Source of the DNA: Macrostomum lignano
Lineage: Eukaryota
Direction of reading: 5' to 3'
DNA: 64,000 bases
Assembly (NCBI GenBank): GCA_002269645.1
Contig: NIVC01000010.1
Coordinates: 992,001-1,056,000 of the forward strand
Shown here: positions 9,301 through 20,134 of the stretch, one piece after another
Layout of the letters: every line of letters begins with the position of its first letter
Numbering within the stretch: the first letter of the stretch is position 1
Position numbers and translations under genes: made by a program
Notes under the pieces: model-generated
Seen by the model: the letters and a program-made list of their open reading frames with translations, nothing else
Told to the model about the DNA's origin: nothing
Database searches by the model: none

Positions 9301-12056
9301 GTCGCCAATTAGCCACAGACTTCTGGCCGGAGGGCCGCGAGCATTTCCTTCGCCTGCTGGAAGCCCTGGTTGATGCTTCCGGCGTCTCAGTTGGTCCGGA
9401 CTCGCCTCTCGGCCATCTGCACGTGTCTGTTGGCAAGTTCCGCAGCCTGGACTGCAGCCTGGGCGAGAATAGAGATATTAAAAGTCTGCTAATGCGACAG
9501 GGTGCTGCTAATGCAGCTCGGTCCACTGCCGCCGCCGCCTCTGCCGGTGCTACGGAAAGCTGTAATCTTGACTATGACGATGGTGCAGTAGCTGATAATA
9601 ATGAAGACAGTTCTAATAGTTCTACAGCTGCTGCTGATGTATCTGCTGATAAGCCAATCAACAAAACTGCCGGTATTCGAAGCTTTTTTACTGCCAGCAC
9701 GTCTGCTGCTAATAATAAAGTTAACTGTGATATCGGACTAGGTGAGCTTGCTATGCTGTTGCATATATTTCAGATATTTGTGTTGCTAATTTTACCCTGT
9801 CACCATTCTTGTTACCCTTTCCCTGTCACCCTCTCTCCCTGTCACCCCCTCTCCCTGTCACCTCTCTCTGTCACCCTCTCTTCCTGTCACCCTCTCCCTG
9901 TCACCCTCTCTTCCTGTCACCTTCTCTCCCTGTCACCCTCTCTCCCTGTCACCCCGTCTCCCTGTCACCCTCTCTCCCTGTCACCCTCTCTTCCTGTCAC
10001 CTTCTCTCCCTGTCACCCTCTCTCCCTGTCACCCTCTCTCCCTGTCACCCTCTCTTCCTGTCACCTTCTCTCCCTGTCACCCTCTCTCCCTGTCACCCTC
10101 TCTCCCTGTCACCCTCTCTCCTTGTCACCCTCTCTCCCTGTCACCCTCTCTCCTTGTCACCCTCTCTTCCTGTCACCTTCTCTTCCTGTCACCTTCTCTC
10201 CCTGTCACCCTCTCTCCCTGTCACCCTCTCTCCCTGTCACCCTCTCTCCCTGTCACCTCTTCCTGTCACCCTCTCTTCTTGTCACCCTCTTTTCCTGTCA
10301 CCCTCTCTCCCTGTCACCCTCTCTCCCTGTCACCCTCTCTCCCTGTCACCTCTTCTTGTCACCCTCTCTTCCTATTGTTGTGTCACTACACGTGATCGAA
10401 ACAGCCCCTAAGAACGCTCTGCAGTGATCGAGCCTGGAGATGGCGTCAGCCCACTGACCGGACTGACTCCGTAACTGAGCGTGGGGTCGCGTCGAGGTAA
10501 GGTAGTCAGTCCGTCCCTGAGGTGTACAGTACCCACTTCGCACGAGGCCCAAATGAGTAATGAATGCAGGCGCAGGTCTTACTTTGATTTCCAATCTGCT
10601 CGACGATGGGCAAGGCAGCGAATTCGTCAATTTGTAGAACTGAGATTCTTGCTGTTGAAGTTTGTAGGTTCTGAAGAGTAGTCTAGTGTCAGGCGTCAAC
10701 AAGCGCGCTCGCCCTGCCCACCGCCAGCAATTCTCTATTTATTTGGACTGCCTGGCGTCAGCCCTAGGGTCTCACGCCAGACAGCATTATCAAAACCCAA
10801 CTTATTGGCCAATCACCAATTGACAAGGGCTAACAAAAGGGGGAGAGAGGGGCCAGACCAGCCAATCCGGCTGGGTACGCATAAAGAAAAGGGGCAGGGC
10901 ATAAGAGCTGATACACAACTGGGGAGGGGGGGTTAGCGCAGGCAGAAATGGGGGGTTGACACAAACAGAATGGGGGGGGGTGGCGCAGGTACGCGGCCAG
11001 GAGGGGTGGGAGTGCAGTGCCGGGCGCACTTGACCGAGAGCCAGAGATTGCTCATCGGTGCAAGTGCACCCGGGCACAACACTATCACACTCTCTTCTTG
11101 TCACCCTCTCTTCCTGTCACCCTCTCTTCCTGTCACCCTCTCTCCCTGTCACTCTCTCTCCTGTCACCCTCTCTCCCTGTCACCTCTTCCTGTCACCCTC
11201 TCTTCTTGTCACCCTCTTTTCCTGTCACCCTCTCTCTCTGTCACCCTCTCTTCCTGTCACCCTCTTTTCCTGTCACCCTCTCTCCCTGTCACCCTCTCTC
11301 CCTGTCACCTCTTCCTGTCACCCTCTCTTCTTGTCACCCTCTCTTCCTGTCACCCTCTCTTCCTGTCACCCTCTCTTCCTGTCACCCTCTCTTCCTGTCA
11401 CCCTCTCTTCTTGTCACCCTCTCTTCCTGTCACCCTCTCTTCCTGTCACCCTCTCTTCCTGTCACCCTCTCTCCCTGTCACCCTCTCTTCCTGTCACCCT
11501 CTTTTCCTGTCACCCTCTCTCCCTGTCACCCTCTCTTCCTGTCACCCTCTCTTCCTGTCACCCTCTCTTCCTGTCACCCTCTCCCTGTCACTTTGTCACT
11601 GTCTCCATTAGCTCTCTCTGCTTGAGTACTGATAATATGCATAAATAATCTTATATAAAAATTGCAGAAGCCGGGGCGGCACCAACACATTCCGTAGCCA
11701 GTGCCCTAGCAGTGCCAAACGATCGACAACAGCAAACAGACCAGCCCAGCAGCAGCAGTGATGAGCCTCTAACAGTGGAATGCAGCCAGTGCCGGCCACC
11801 CCGAGCGGTACTCATGACCGACTGGCTGGAGCATCAAGATTATCACGCCGCTGTTGACTTGCAACGAAGCATCCAATTGGAGTTCAAAGCTGAACGGGAT
11901 CGAGATGTACAGCTGCAGCAGCAGTCGCGCAAAAGACCCGCAACCAGCAGTTCAAGTAGCGCTGGCAAGAACAAGCGTCGAAGTACAACCAGTACTAATA
12001 ATAACTCTTCGTCCGCTAATGGACCAACTCTTGACAGTTATTTTCGTAAAGTTTGA
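68..12056 (+). CDS. POLH: DNA polymerase eta (Y-family); exons <=68-903, 986-1465, 9236-9741, 11668-12056; start codon not identified in window
   Basis: Motifs RVIALIDMDCFYVQVE, AVSYEARALGV, ASIDEAYVDLT, CSAGLAGTKTLAKI. C-terminal UBZ finger (CSQC...EHQDYH), basic NLS and PIP-like TLDSYF at the end. GT-AG junctions at 904/985, 1466/9235 and 9742/11667 are phase-compatible; total 2211 nt from position 68 is in frame. Confidence 0.93.
1505..2042. repeat. ~20-bp minisatellite (TACTTATCTACCTTCCTGCC) in POLH intron 2; resumes at 9151-9210 after the transposon
   Basis: Periodic sequence visible on both sides of the insertion. Confidence 0.9.
2512..3864 (-). CDS. Transposon passenger: coiled-coil plus BEN-like domain protein; exons 3864-3577 and 3497-2512, with a probable upstream exon 4396-3976
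   Basis: Intron 3576-3498 (GTAAGT...CTAG, 79 nt) joins the two ORFs in frame. Heptad-rich LQVQELQAENESLRAQL; BEN-like RSVLRAVFSSDELLTANFSG...PEKIRAM. Confidence 0.65.
3875..4396 (-). CDS. Lys/Ala-rich low-complexity ORF (MGKKNEK...), probably exon 1 of the BEN-like gene
   Basis: ATG at 4396 lies 12 nt after a CCATTTCAG acceptor. A phase-1 donor at 3975 would join the 3864 acceptor in frame, giving a 564-aa model; the donor is weak. Confidence 0.4.
   Translation of the reverse strand: MGKKNEKRPAALSASASSPPKRNLREPKKKVTTDLKKKTTSNLKSAAATQNKPASLKSDSSGGGDGLDFTDACIPRSSAFSGKLRLAAAGTAAAATGVSTSGASTARACTSGASATGAAVAGGGAAAVSAGYDASTRPKSGAARSPLDGYDEVWQPFVPQPGGNPYWWGVQYP
4735..5487 (-). CDS. Transposon passenger: CtIP/Sae2 (RBBP8/Ctp1) C-terminal-domain protein, 250 aa
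   Basis: YAYISTVCRRADRQELAPQCCPDCEAWFAD...GRHR...PNFWRIDMPDT aligns by eye to the CtIP C-terminus (CxxC, RHR, NFW..P.T). Intact ORF from ATG 5487. Confidence 0.8.
   Translation of the reverse strand: MDEAPDWSRIFDELVPTSLFVGLAWDEDEDDDEPDPDVGSETQGPEELLASRGKQVHPESPSLFAGLAWDEDEHDDEPDPDVGSETQGPEELLADSQRWSPSPPSACSKAGFSGAAQSTQLESSRSAAMKADFNRLPEKKGPSYAYISTVCRRADRQELAPQCCPDCEAWFADLSSESRRRRLQQHGRHRCNQPRMKHDPNFWRIDMPDTPPEAPLSDMKVGKRRMRPLKGASAGPSKDRQPNADPKADK
5206..5436. repeat. Two near-identical ~99-bp copies 132 bp apart, encoding an acidic repeat within the CtIP-like ORF
   Basis: 5206-5304 versus 5338-5436; SLFxGLAWDEDExDDEPDPDVGSETQGPEELLA twice. Confidence 0.9.
5906..8568 (-). pseudogene. Disrupted EnSpm/CACTA (Tnp2-family) transposase
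   Basis: Fragments in order: acidic G/D/S tract; LYPGSEVS...LPKTPYKLNKLL...CxxC...CxxC; FNAKHGCDKC; GVKGPSPLSHL...CYLH; WLLIYGPMAL...TYNAHQ...GGP...SAALFEG. Stop at 6999, frameshifts near 6830, 7240, 7330 and 7975, and an apparent internal deletion near 7330. Confidence 0.82.
9795..10371. repeat. 16-17-bp pyrimidine-rich minisatellite (CCTGTCACCCTCTCTC) in POLH intron 3; resumes at 11086-11592
   Basis: Direct periodicity; the long ORFs here are artefacts. Confidence 0.92.
10376..11081. mobile_element. Solo LTR, 706 bp
   Basis: Termini TGTTGTG...CACAACA (perfect 7-bp inverted repeat, TG..CA). 4-bp target duplication CTAT at 10372-10375 and 11082-11085. Splits a minisatellite. Confidence 0.8.
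11086..11592. repeat. Second half of the CTGTCACCCTCTC minisatellite
   Basis: Same unit as 9795-10371. Confidence 0.92.
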
Positions 12057-12394
12057 TCTTAGGTACAGTTTGAAAAAAACGGTGGTCGCGAGTTCGAATC
12101 TGATTCGATTAATAGTTCAAGCATTTTACTCATAGCAATGCAATTTTTTTCTCTCGAAATATTTTCCTACTTTTTTTACTCGTTAGTACGGTATATTTGG
12201 CTTATAACTTTATTCATGCTTGAGAAGAAAATTATAACGACGATATGTATCGATATACACATTTCTAGCTGACTTTCCGCGTTACGCTGCATGCCTCTAT
12301 AAGAGAAAGCATTTTTCTCTTTTATAGCTCAAGTTAATGTAGTCGTCATTAAGCATTTGCGCCTATTTTTAGTGTTTAGTTAGTTTCTCCTATG

Positions 12395-12680
12395 CCCATT
12401 GAATTGGGCCAGATGTGCAACCGACAGCTCAGCCGCAGCTATTGCGCGGCGCATCTGAAGGCTGCGTACGGCTGTTCAGTCCAAGGACTGGGGGGTCGCC
12501 ACACACAGCCTCAATTACCCCAGCTAATGCTGGCACCCATTTTACAGCTGGGCGAACTGTAGCAATGTAGAGTTATGTGTCTTGCTCAAGAACACAAATT
12601 GTTCCGAGTGGGATCGGGAATCGAACCCCCGACGTTCAAGTCGTGAGTCCGACGCTCTAGCCACTAAGCTAAAAACCCCT
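12395..12680 (-). mobile_element. tRNA-derived CORE-type SINE, copy 1
   Basis: Minus strand: A box TAGCTTAGTGG, B box GGTTCGATTCC, then a MIR-core-like segment; similar to the copies at 35.1, 53.0 and 61.0 kb. Confidence 0.85.
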
Positions 12681-13208
12681 AAGAGTCTCGAAAAAGTAGT
12701 CCAAGAGTTGTTGTGTTAGTGCGCTTAACTTTCTACTCACTCAAGTAGTCTGAATAGATTATGTCGTTAAAAAATTCCTCACTTGGGATTTGTCCCTGGA
12801 AGTAGTGATGTCTGGCAAAACAGCCATGACCCCATAGGGCCATGGTCACCGCCCTGATGTGATTGCGGTTATTTTTAATTATTCCAAATGCCATTATGTT
12901 TGTTGCTAGGGTCATAAATCTGCTAAACTAAATACAGTATTCTTGTTGCCATAGCAACCTATTAAATTTTGTCTCCTTAGCAACCACCTTTAAATTATGT
13001 TTTCTTAGCCCTTGAATTTGATAGATAAATATGCTTTTGTTGCCAGGGTCACCAATAATACAGTTTTATTGTTGCCATAGCAACCACCTTTTACTACTGT
13101 TTTCTCAGTGATTAATATAAAGTCGTTTACATAATCATTGATAAATAGGAAGGCCATGTGGTTGTTGCCAGTTTCAGCAGAGCAGCGACCAGCTCACTGC
13201 AGCTCACG

Positions 13209-16200
13209 ATGGCAGTTGTCTCAACAGTAGCGGATGTCTACGACGCCGCATCGGCCATTGGCAAAGATTTCGAACTATTAATCGATCGCTACGGACCCGA
13301 CTGCGTATCCGGCCTCATGCCCAAGGTCATCGGCGTCCTTGAAGAGCTGGAGTCCGTCACCAGCCAGCGCGAGGACGATGCCAGACGCCTGGCGGAGTTG
13401 GAGCGCTGCCAGGAGCGTCTTGACCAGGAGCGACGAGCCAGGCAGTCGGACCGAGCGAGGCACGAACGCGAGCTCGAACAGTCCGAGGATCTTTGGCGAG
13501 GCGAGGCCAAGGACCTCAGCGACGCTCTGGCCAGATGCCAGGAGGAGAACAAGCGGCTGCTGGCTGCCGCCGCCAGCTCGGCATCTCGGAAAGCGGCGGC
13601 AGAGTCGGAGCTGAGCGATGCTACCATCGCGGCTGAGCGAGATGGCGCGGCCAGGCTGCAGCAGATGCCGGATCTGCAGGTACATCTGTAGTGTCCTTTT
13701 CTGAGTTGTTGAGACTGGTTAGCCAAATTGGTTCTACTAAAGAACCGCCTTCATTAAAGTGCCTTGAAAAAATCGCCTTAGCAAGAGAAAAACATCTCCA
13801 TAGCTAGTGGGAATAATCGCCCCCCCCCCTAAAAAAGATAAAAGGAAAAATTGCCTCCCAGAAAAAGCTAGAAGAAAAAATCGCCCCCCTTCTCAAAGAA
13901 GCTGGAATGAAAAATCGCCCCCCCCTCAAAGAAGCTAGAAGGAAAAATCGCCTCCAAAAAGAAGCTAGAAGGAAAAATCGCCCCCCAGAAGAAGCTAAAA
14001 GAAAAAATCGCCTGCAAAAAGAAGGCAGAAGAAAAAATCGCCCCCAGAAGAAACTAGAAGAAAAAATCGCCCCAAAAAAGAAGCTAAAAGGAAAAATCGC
14101 CTTCCTCCCAGAAGAAGCCAGAAGAAAAAATCGCCCCCAGAAGAAATTAGAAGAAAAAATTGCCTTAAAAGAGAAGCTAGAAGGAAAAATCGCCTTCCTC
14201 CCAAAAGAATCTAGAAGGAAAAATCGGCCCCCAAAAAAGCTGGAAGCAAAAATCGCCCCCCAAAAGAAGCTGGAAGGAAAAATCGCCCCCCAAAAGAATC
14301 TAGAAGGAAAAATCGGCCCCCAAAAAAGCTGGAAGGAAAAATCGCCCCCCAGAAGAAGCTGGAAGGAAAAATCGCTCATTAGAGAAATCGCCGTGAGGAA
14401 AAAAGCGAGACAAACCCCACACTGCGCAGGGCATGGCTAAACTGAAAGCCACCATAGAAGCGCAGCGAGACGAAATCCGTCGCTTGCAACGCGATCTGGC
14501 TCAGTGCCAGGCAGATTCTGAGGCTCTCCAGTCGCAGTCGGACCGATTGGCCCGGGCAAACGCCGAGTACAGGCGACGGCACAGCGTCAGCAGCAGGCAG
14601 GCCCAGCGACTGTTGGAGAGCCAAGCAGATCTCGAAGCTCGCCTGGCGGCCAGCGACCAGGCACTGCGGCTGGCCGCGGAGGCCGGCACCGCTGCGGATG
14701 GGTGCGCCGATGCGGTGAGGCTTTTTCTGGAATGTTTATGGATGGGACTGTTTAGTGACTGTTTATGGGGCTGTTTGTGACTGTTTATGGGGCTGTTTGT
14801 GACTGTTTATGCGGCTGTTTATAGGGCTGTTTAGTGACTGTTTATGGAGCTGTTTATGGGGTAGTTTATAGGGCTGTTTATGGGGCTGTTTATGGGGTTG
14901 CTTATAGGGCTGTTTATGTGACTGTTTATGGGGCTGTTTATTTGACTGTTTATGGTGCTGTTTATTTGACTGTTTATGTGGCTGTTTATAGGACTGTTTA
15001 TGGAATGCTTACGTTGCCGTTTCTGGGACTTTTATGAGGCTGTTTAAGGAACTGTTTATGAGGCTGTTTACCGGTATGGGACTGTTTATAAGAATGTTTA
15101 TAAAAATGGCTTCCCTCTGAGGCTGTTATGAGCAAGTTATTTTGATCTTGATGATGCTGCCGAGCCAAGACAAGTAGAAGAGTACTTCGTAGAACGGAAC
15201 GGCCCGAGGTTAACGCTTGTTGGCCAAACTCCAAGGCTCAGGAGTGTACATGTCCGACAATAAAAGAGTCAGCTGGGCCGCTGTACACTCTGTATGAGCG
15301 AGTATGCGTGTAAGTTATATACTTACGATTTTACATACTTTTTTTCACTTTTTAAGGCCACTCAAACAGCTGGTCAGGATGCATCAGGCGTTGCTGGCGT
15401 CTCAGATTCTCAAACAGAATTGAAGCCTTCTTCTCCTGAAACTGCTGCTGCCAGCAAGGACTCTGGGCAGACTCACCAGGTTTGGTCTTTGACTGCTGTG
15501 GGGGATGAGGAAGGGTGAGATGGAGGTAAAAGAGGAATGAGATGTAGGGAGAAGAGGGGTGAAATTGAGGGAGAAGAAGGGTGAGATGTAGGGAGAAGAG
15601 GTTGAAATAGAGTGAGAAGAGACAGATAGAGGGAGAAGACGGGTGAGATGGAGGCAGAAGAGGCTGAAATAGAGGGAGAAGAAGGTTAAGATGGAGGGAG
15701 AAGAGGGGTGAGATGTAGGGAGAAGAGGCTGAGATGGAGGGAGAAGAGGGGTGAGATAGAGGGAGAAGACGGGTGAGATGGAGGCAGAAGAGGCTGAAAT
15801 AGAGGGAGAAGAAGGTTAATATGGAGGGAGAAGAGGGTGAGATGTAGGGAGAAGAGGGGTGAGATGGAGGGAAAAGAGGGGTGAGATAGAGGGAGAAGAG
15901 GGGTGAGATGGAGGGAGAAGAGGCTGAGATGGAGGGAGAAGAGGGGTGAGATGGAGGGAAAAGAGGCTGAGATGGAGGGAGAAGAGGGGTAAGATGGAGG
16001 GAGAAGAGGGGTGAGATGGGGGAGAAGAGGGGTGAGATAGAGGGAGAAGAGGGGTGAGATGGAGGGAGAAGAGGGGTGAGATGGGGGAGAAGAGGGGTGA
16101 GATAGAGGGAGAAGAGGGCTGAGATGGAGGGAGAAGAGGCTGAGATGGAGGGAGAAGAGGGGTGAGATGGAGGGAGAAGAGGGGTGAGATGGGGGGAGAA

Positions 16201-19200
16201 GATGCTGAGATGGAGGGAAAAGAGGGGTGAGATGGAGGGAGAAGAAGGGTGAGATGGAGGGAAAAGAGGGGTGAGATGGAGACAGAAGAGGCTGAAATAG
16301 AGGGAGAAGAGGGGTAAGATGGAGGGAGAAGAGGCTGAGATGGAGGGAGAAGAGGGGTGAGATAGAGGGAGAAGAGGCTGAGATGGAGGGAGTAGAGGGG
16401 ATGGGTAGGGAAAGAGCGAATAAAGATAGAAAAGGGAAGAGAGATACCATAGTGCAGCAGGAAGGACACACATTACAAGTAAAAGCATTGAATACGGAAG
16501 TAATGTGTATTAATGTTCCTGTCACTCGCAGTCCCCAGAGCCGGCCCTGATGACCCAAGAGCACCTGATGGAGCGGCTGCGCCAGGATGGCAAGCTGGTG
16601 ATTGACAAGTCAGATCCCAACAGGCCCCGGTTCACCCTGTGCGAACTGCGCGACGTTCTAACTGAGCGAAATGAATTGAAAGTTCGCCTGATTGAAGTTG
16701 AGGAGGAACTGGTTGCGTACAAGCAGGCTAGGTGAGTCTTGTGTTGCAGGGACTAGCGTGAACTGAGACTGATCGATTTCATAGGATATCTAAGCTGAGA
16801 TTCTAAGAGATTTCCCGGGGATCTAAGCTAAGATTCTAAGAGATTTCCTCGAGAATCTAAGGTGAGATTCTAAGAGATTTCCTCGAGGATCTAAGGTGAG
16901 ATTCTAAGAGATTTCCCCGAGGATCTAAGGTGAGATTCTAAGAGATTTCCCCGAGGATCTAAGGTGAGATTCTAAGTGATTTCCTCGAGGATCTAAGGGG
17001 AGATTCTAAGAGATTTCCCCGAGGATCTAAGGTGAGATTCTAAGAGATTTCCCCGAGGATCTAAGGAGAGATTCTAAGAGATTTACCCGAGGATCTAAGG
17101 TGAGATTCTAAGAGATTTCCTCGAGGATCTAAGGTGAGATTCTAAGAGATTTCCTCGAGGATCTAAGGTGAGATTCTAAGAGATTTCCCCGAGGATCTAA
17201 GGTGAGATTCTAAGAGATTTCCCCGAGGATCTAAGGTGAGATTATAAGAGATTTCCTCGGGGATCTAAGGTGAGATTCTAAGAGATTTCCTCAAGGATCT
17301 AAGGTGAGATTCTAAGAGATTTCCCCGAGGATCTAAGGTGAGATTCTAAGAGATTTCCCCGAAGATCTAAGGTGAGATTCTAAGAGATTACCTCCGGGAT
17401 CTAAGGAGAGATTCTAGGAGATTTCCACGGGGATCTAAGGGAGAGATTCTAAGAGATTTCCCCGAGGATCTAAGGACAGATTCTTTACAAATGATTTAAA
17501 CTCCTAAACGATATCAAAGAGTTCATAAATATCGAAGATGAGGCTTTTACACATATTTACAGCTTTTGACAGATTCTGTCTAGAAAGCTGAGGGATTTCT
17601 TTACTTAGTTATATTTTGACAAGACTGAGATTCAACGTTTCTTCTTCTTTGACTAACAGCGAAAAAGCGGCTGCGGCGGCTGCTGCAGCTTCGGCAGCGA
17701 CTGTCGCTCCCGAGGACGCTCCAGTTCAGGGGCCCATCAACCGGGAACCGGACGAGAAACTGTTTCCGCAGGATGTCGGCTCCAGGATAGGAATTAAGCA
17801 CTTGTGAGTTTTGGGGGCCACATTCAACCCTGCATGGATGTTATTTCTATTGCAGTTTGTTTCTTTTTGACCTCTCTGAAGAGTTTTGTTCAGGTCAGTC
17901 AGTATCTATCCCTTAGCAACCCTCCCTGAGGATTTTTTGTTCAGGTCGGTCAGTATCTATCCTTAGCAACCCTCCCTGAGGATTTTTTTGTTCAGGTCAG
18001 TCAGTATCTATCCCTTAGCAACCCTCCCTGAGGATTTTTTGTTCAGGTCAGTCAGTATCTATCCTTAGCAAACCTCCCTGAAATTTTTTGTTTAGATCAG
18101 TCAGTATCTTTTATTAGCAACCCTCCCTGAGAGAGAATTTTTTTGTTCAGATCAGCCAGTATTTATCCCTTAGCAACCCTCCCTGAGGATTTTTTTGTTC
18201 AGATCAGCCAGGATCTATCCTTAGCAACCCTCCCTGAGGATTTTTTGTTCAGATCAGCTAGTATCTATCCTTAGCAACCCTCCCTGAGGATTTTTTGTTC
18301 AGATCAGCCAGTATCTATCCTTAGCAACCCTCCCTGAGGATTTTTTGTTCAGATCAGTCAGTATCTATCCTTAGCAACCCTCCCTGAGGATTTTTTGTTC
18401 AGATCAGTCAGTATCTATTTTTAGCAACCCTCCCTGAGGATTTTTTGTTCAGATCAGCTAGTATCTATCCTTAGCAACCCTCCCTGAGGATTTTTTGTTC
18501 AGATCAGCCAGTATCTTTCCTTAGCAACCCTCCCTGAGGATTTTTTGTTCAGATCAGCAGGTATCTATCCTTAGCAACCCTCCCTGAGGATTTTTTGTTC
18601 AGGTCAGTCAGTATCTATCCTTAGCAACCCTCCCTGAATTTTTTTGTTCAGATCAGCCAGTATTTATCCCTTAGCAACCCTCCCTGAGGATTTTTTTGTT
18701 CAGATCAGCCAGGATCTATCCTTAGCAACCCTCCCTGAGGATTTTTTGTTCAGATCAGCTAGTATCTATCCTTAGCAACCCTCCCTGAGGATTTTTTGTT
18801 CAGATCAGCCAGTATCTATCCTTAGCAACCCTCCCTGAATTTTTTGTTCAGATCAGCCAGTATCTGTTCTTAGCAACCCTCCCTGAGGATTTTTTGTTCA
18901 GATCAGTCAGTATCTATCCTTAGCAACCCTCCCTGAATTTTTTTGTTCAGATCAGCCAGTATCTGTTCTTAGCAACCCTCCCTGAGGATTTTTTGTTCAG
19001 ATCAGTCAGTATCTATCCTTAGCAACCCTCCCTGAGGATTTTTTGTTCAGATCAGTCAGTATCTATCCTTAGCAACCCTCCCTGAGGATTTTTTGTTCAG
19101 ATCAGCAGGTATCTATCCGTAGCAACCCTCCCTGAAATTTAATTAAATATAAAATTTTGTTATTCCTCTTTCAGTTTTCAAGGCCTGTTGGATCGCGTGC

Positions 19201-19208
19201 AGAACTAA
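13209..19208 (+). CDS. RILPL1: RILP-like protein (RH1 and RH2 domains), 430 aa; exons 13209-13679, 14430-14714, 15357-15479, 16532-16731, 17624-17803, 19175-19208
   Basis: RH1 DVYDAASAIGKDFELLIDRYG...LMPKVIGVLEELE; LKATIEAQRDEIR; RH2 DPNRPRFTLCELRDVLTERNELK; C-terminal GIKHFF. All junctions GT-AG, 1293 nt in frame. The symbol denotes the family; the exact paralogue is uncertain. Confidence 0.88.
13818..14375. repeat. ~30-bp minisatellite (AAAAATCGCCCCCCAAAAGAAGCTAGAAGG), RILPL intron 1
   Basis: Direct periodicity. Confidence 0.88.
14745..15075. repeat. 12-bp minisatellite (GGGCTGTTTATG), RILPL intron 2
   Basis: Direct periodicity. Confidence 0.85.
15208..15300 (+). mobile_element. Fragment of a second SINE family (body matches 35627-35966 minus strand)
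   Basis: Shared CCAAGGC.CAG..GTGTACATG...AATAAA...GGGCCGCTGTACACTC. Confidence 0.5.
15510..16400. repeat. 21-22-bp purine-rich minisatellite (ATGGAGGGAGAAGAGGGGTGAG), RILPL intron 3
   Basis: Direct periodicity. Confidence 0.92.
16790..17480. repeat. 34-bp minisatellite (GATTCTAAGAGATTTCCCCGAGGATCTAAGGTGA), RILPL intron 4
   Basis: Period 34, e.g. 17101/17135. Confidence 0.92.
17885..19137. repeat. 50-bp minisatellite (TTTTTTGTTCAGATCAGCCAGTATCTATCCTTAGCAACCCTCCCTGAGGA), RILPL intron 5
   Basis: Period 50, e.g. 18241/18291. Confidence 0.93.
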
Positions 19209-19635
19209 CTAACAGGTTCGCCCAAGTTCATTATGTACTTTTAGTAACACTTCTTGATAGTTGTTGTATTGTTGCAGAAAATTGACGGATATTGATTTTC
19301 AGTATCTATAATACTGTTGGACTGTCTTTATTGCAAGCTGCTGCATAGCACGATGATGTATTATATATAATAGATTATGAACTATTTATGTAGATCCTCT
19401 AGTTTTGTTGTGGCTTCAGGAGCATTTGTTGTTGTTATTATTATTTTTAAAACAATTTCAGTTTTATCATTCGAAATACCTCTCTTTGCTCTCCTTTTTG
19501 TTTTCATTGCTTTGTTATTTAATTATATTATTCTAGTCTGAGTACCTCTGAGCAGATTCTGTGTCTCATTTGTTTAACCCGAGAATCTCTACGAGTTTTT
19601 TTTCTCTTTTTGTGATGTCTATAGACACATATTCC

Positions 19636-19641
19636 AATAAA
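19636..19641 (+). promoter_or_regulatory. Putative poly(A) signal of the RILP-like gene
   Basis: AATAAA about 430 nt after the stop, in AT-rich sequence. Confidence 0.35.
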
Positions 19642-20134
19642 ATACATATGATTATGAATTATGTTACGTTCGAAGAATCATTTTAACAAAATGCGAGTGG
19701 CCTCGAAATCAAGCATGCTCATTTCCTTCTGACGCAGTGGCCCGAGAGAGAGAGAGAGGCTGCACATCATTGCATACCGGACTTCCCGCAAAGGGTCCCA
19801 GCTCAATTAAAAAATTCGAGTCCCCATCCCCCTGCTTCTTTGATTAGAAATTTTTCTCTGCTCACAATTAGGCATCTCCCAGGATCGCTGGACTCTGTGT
19901 TCCCCTTTTCCTGGTTAGCCTGCATCTCCTATCTGCATTTTTTACAAAGCGTGCATAGGGCATATTTTTCTGGCTATGCGCGTTCGTATGCTGATGCTTG
20001 AACCCTGAAACTTAGTCAAGTACATTCTTTTCTGCTGTCTAATTTGTTTGTTCAAAATGCAGCTTATGATATTAACTATTGCACTCAGTTCTGTAGCTGG
20101 CAATTTTAACTTTTTGGTTTATCTACTGGCGGGA

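Noticed and set aside
9742-11648. Long SPCHPL-type ORFs, including the tail of 9258-10427
   Set aside because: Minisatellite read-through; the real exon ends at the 9742 donor.
12600-12672. tRNA-like A/B boxes here and at 53040, 60975 and 35900
   Set aside because: No complete cloverleaf; each continues into a SINE body.
13804-14440. Lys/Glu-rich ORF 13907-14440 and its antisense
   Set aside because: 30-bp intronic repeat, out of frame with RILPL exon 2.
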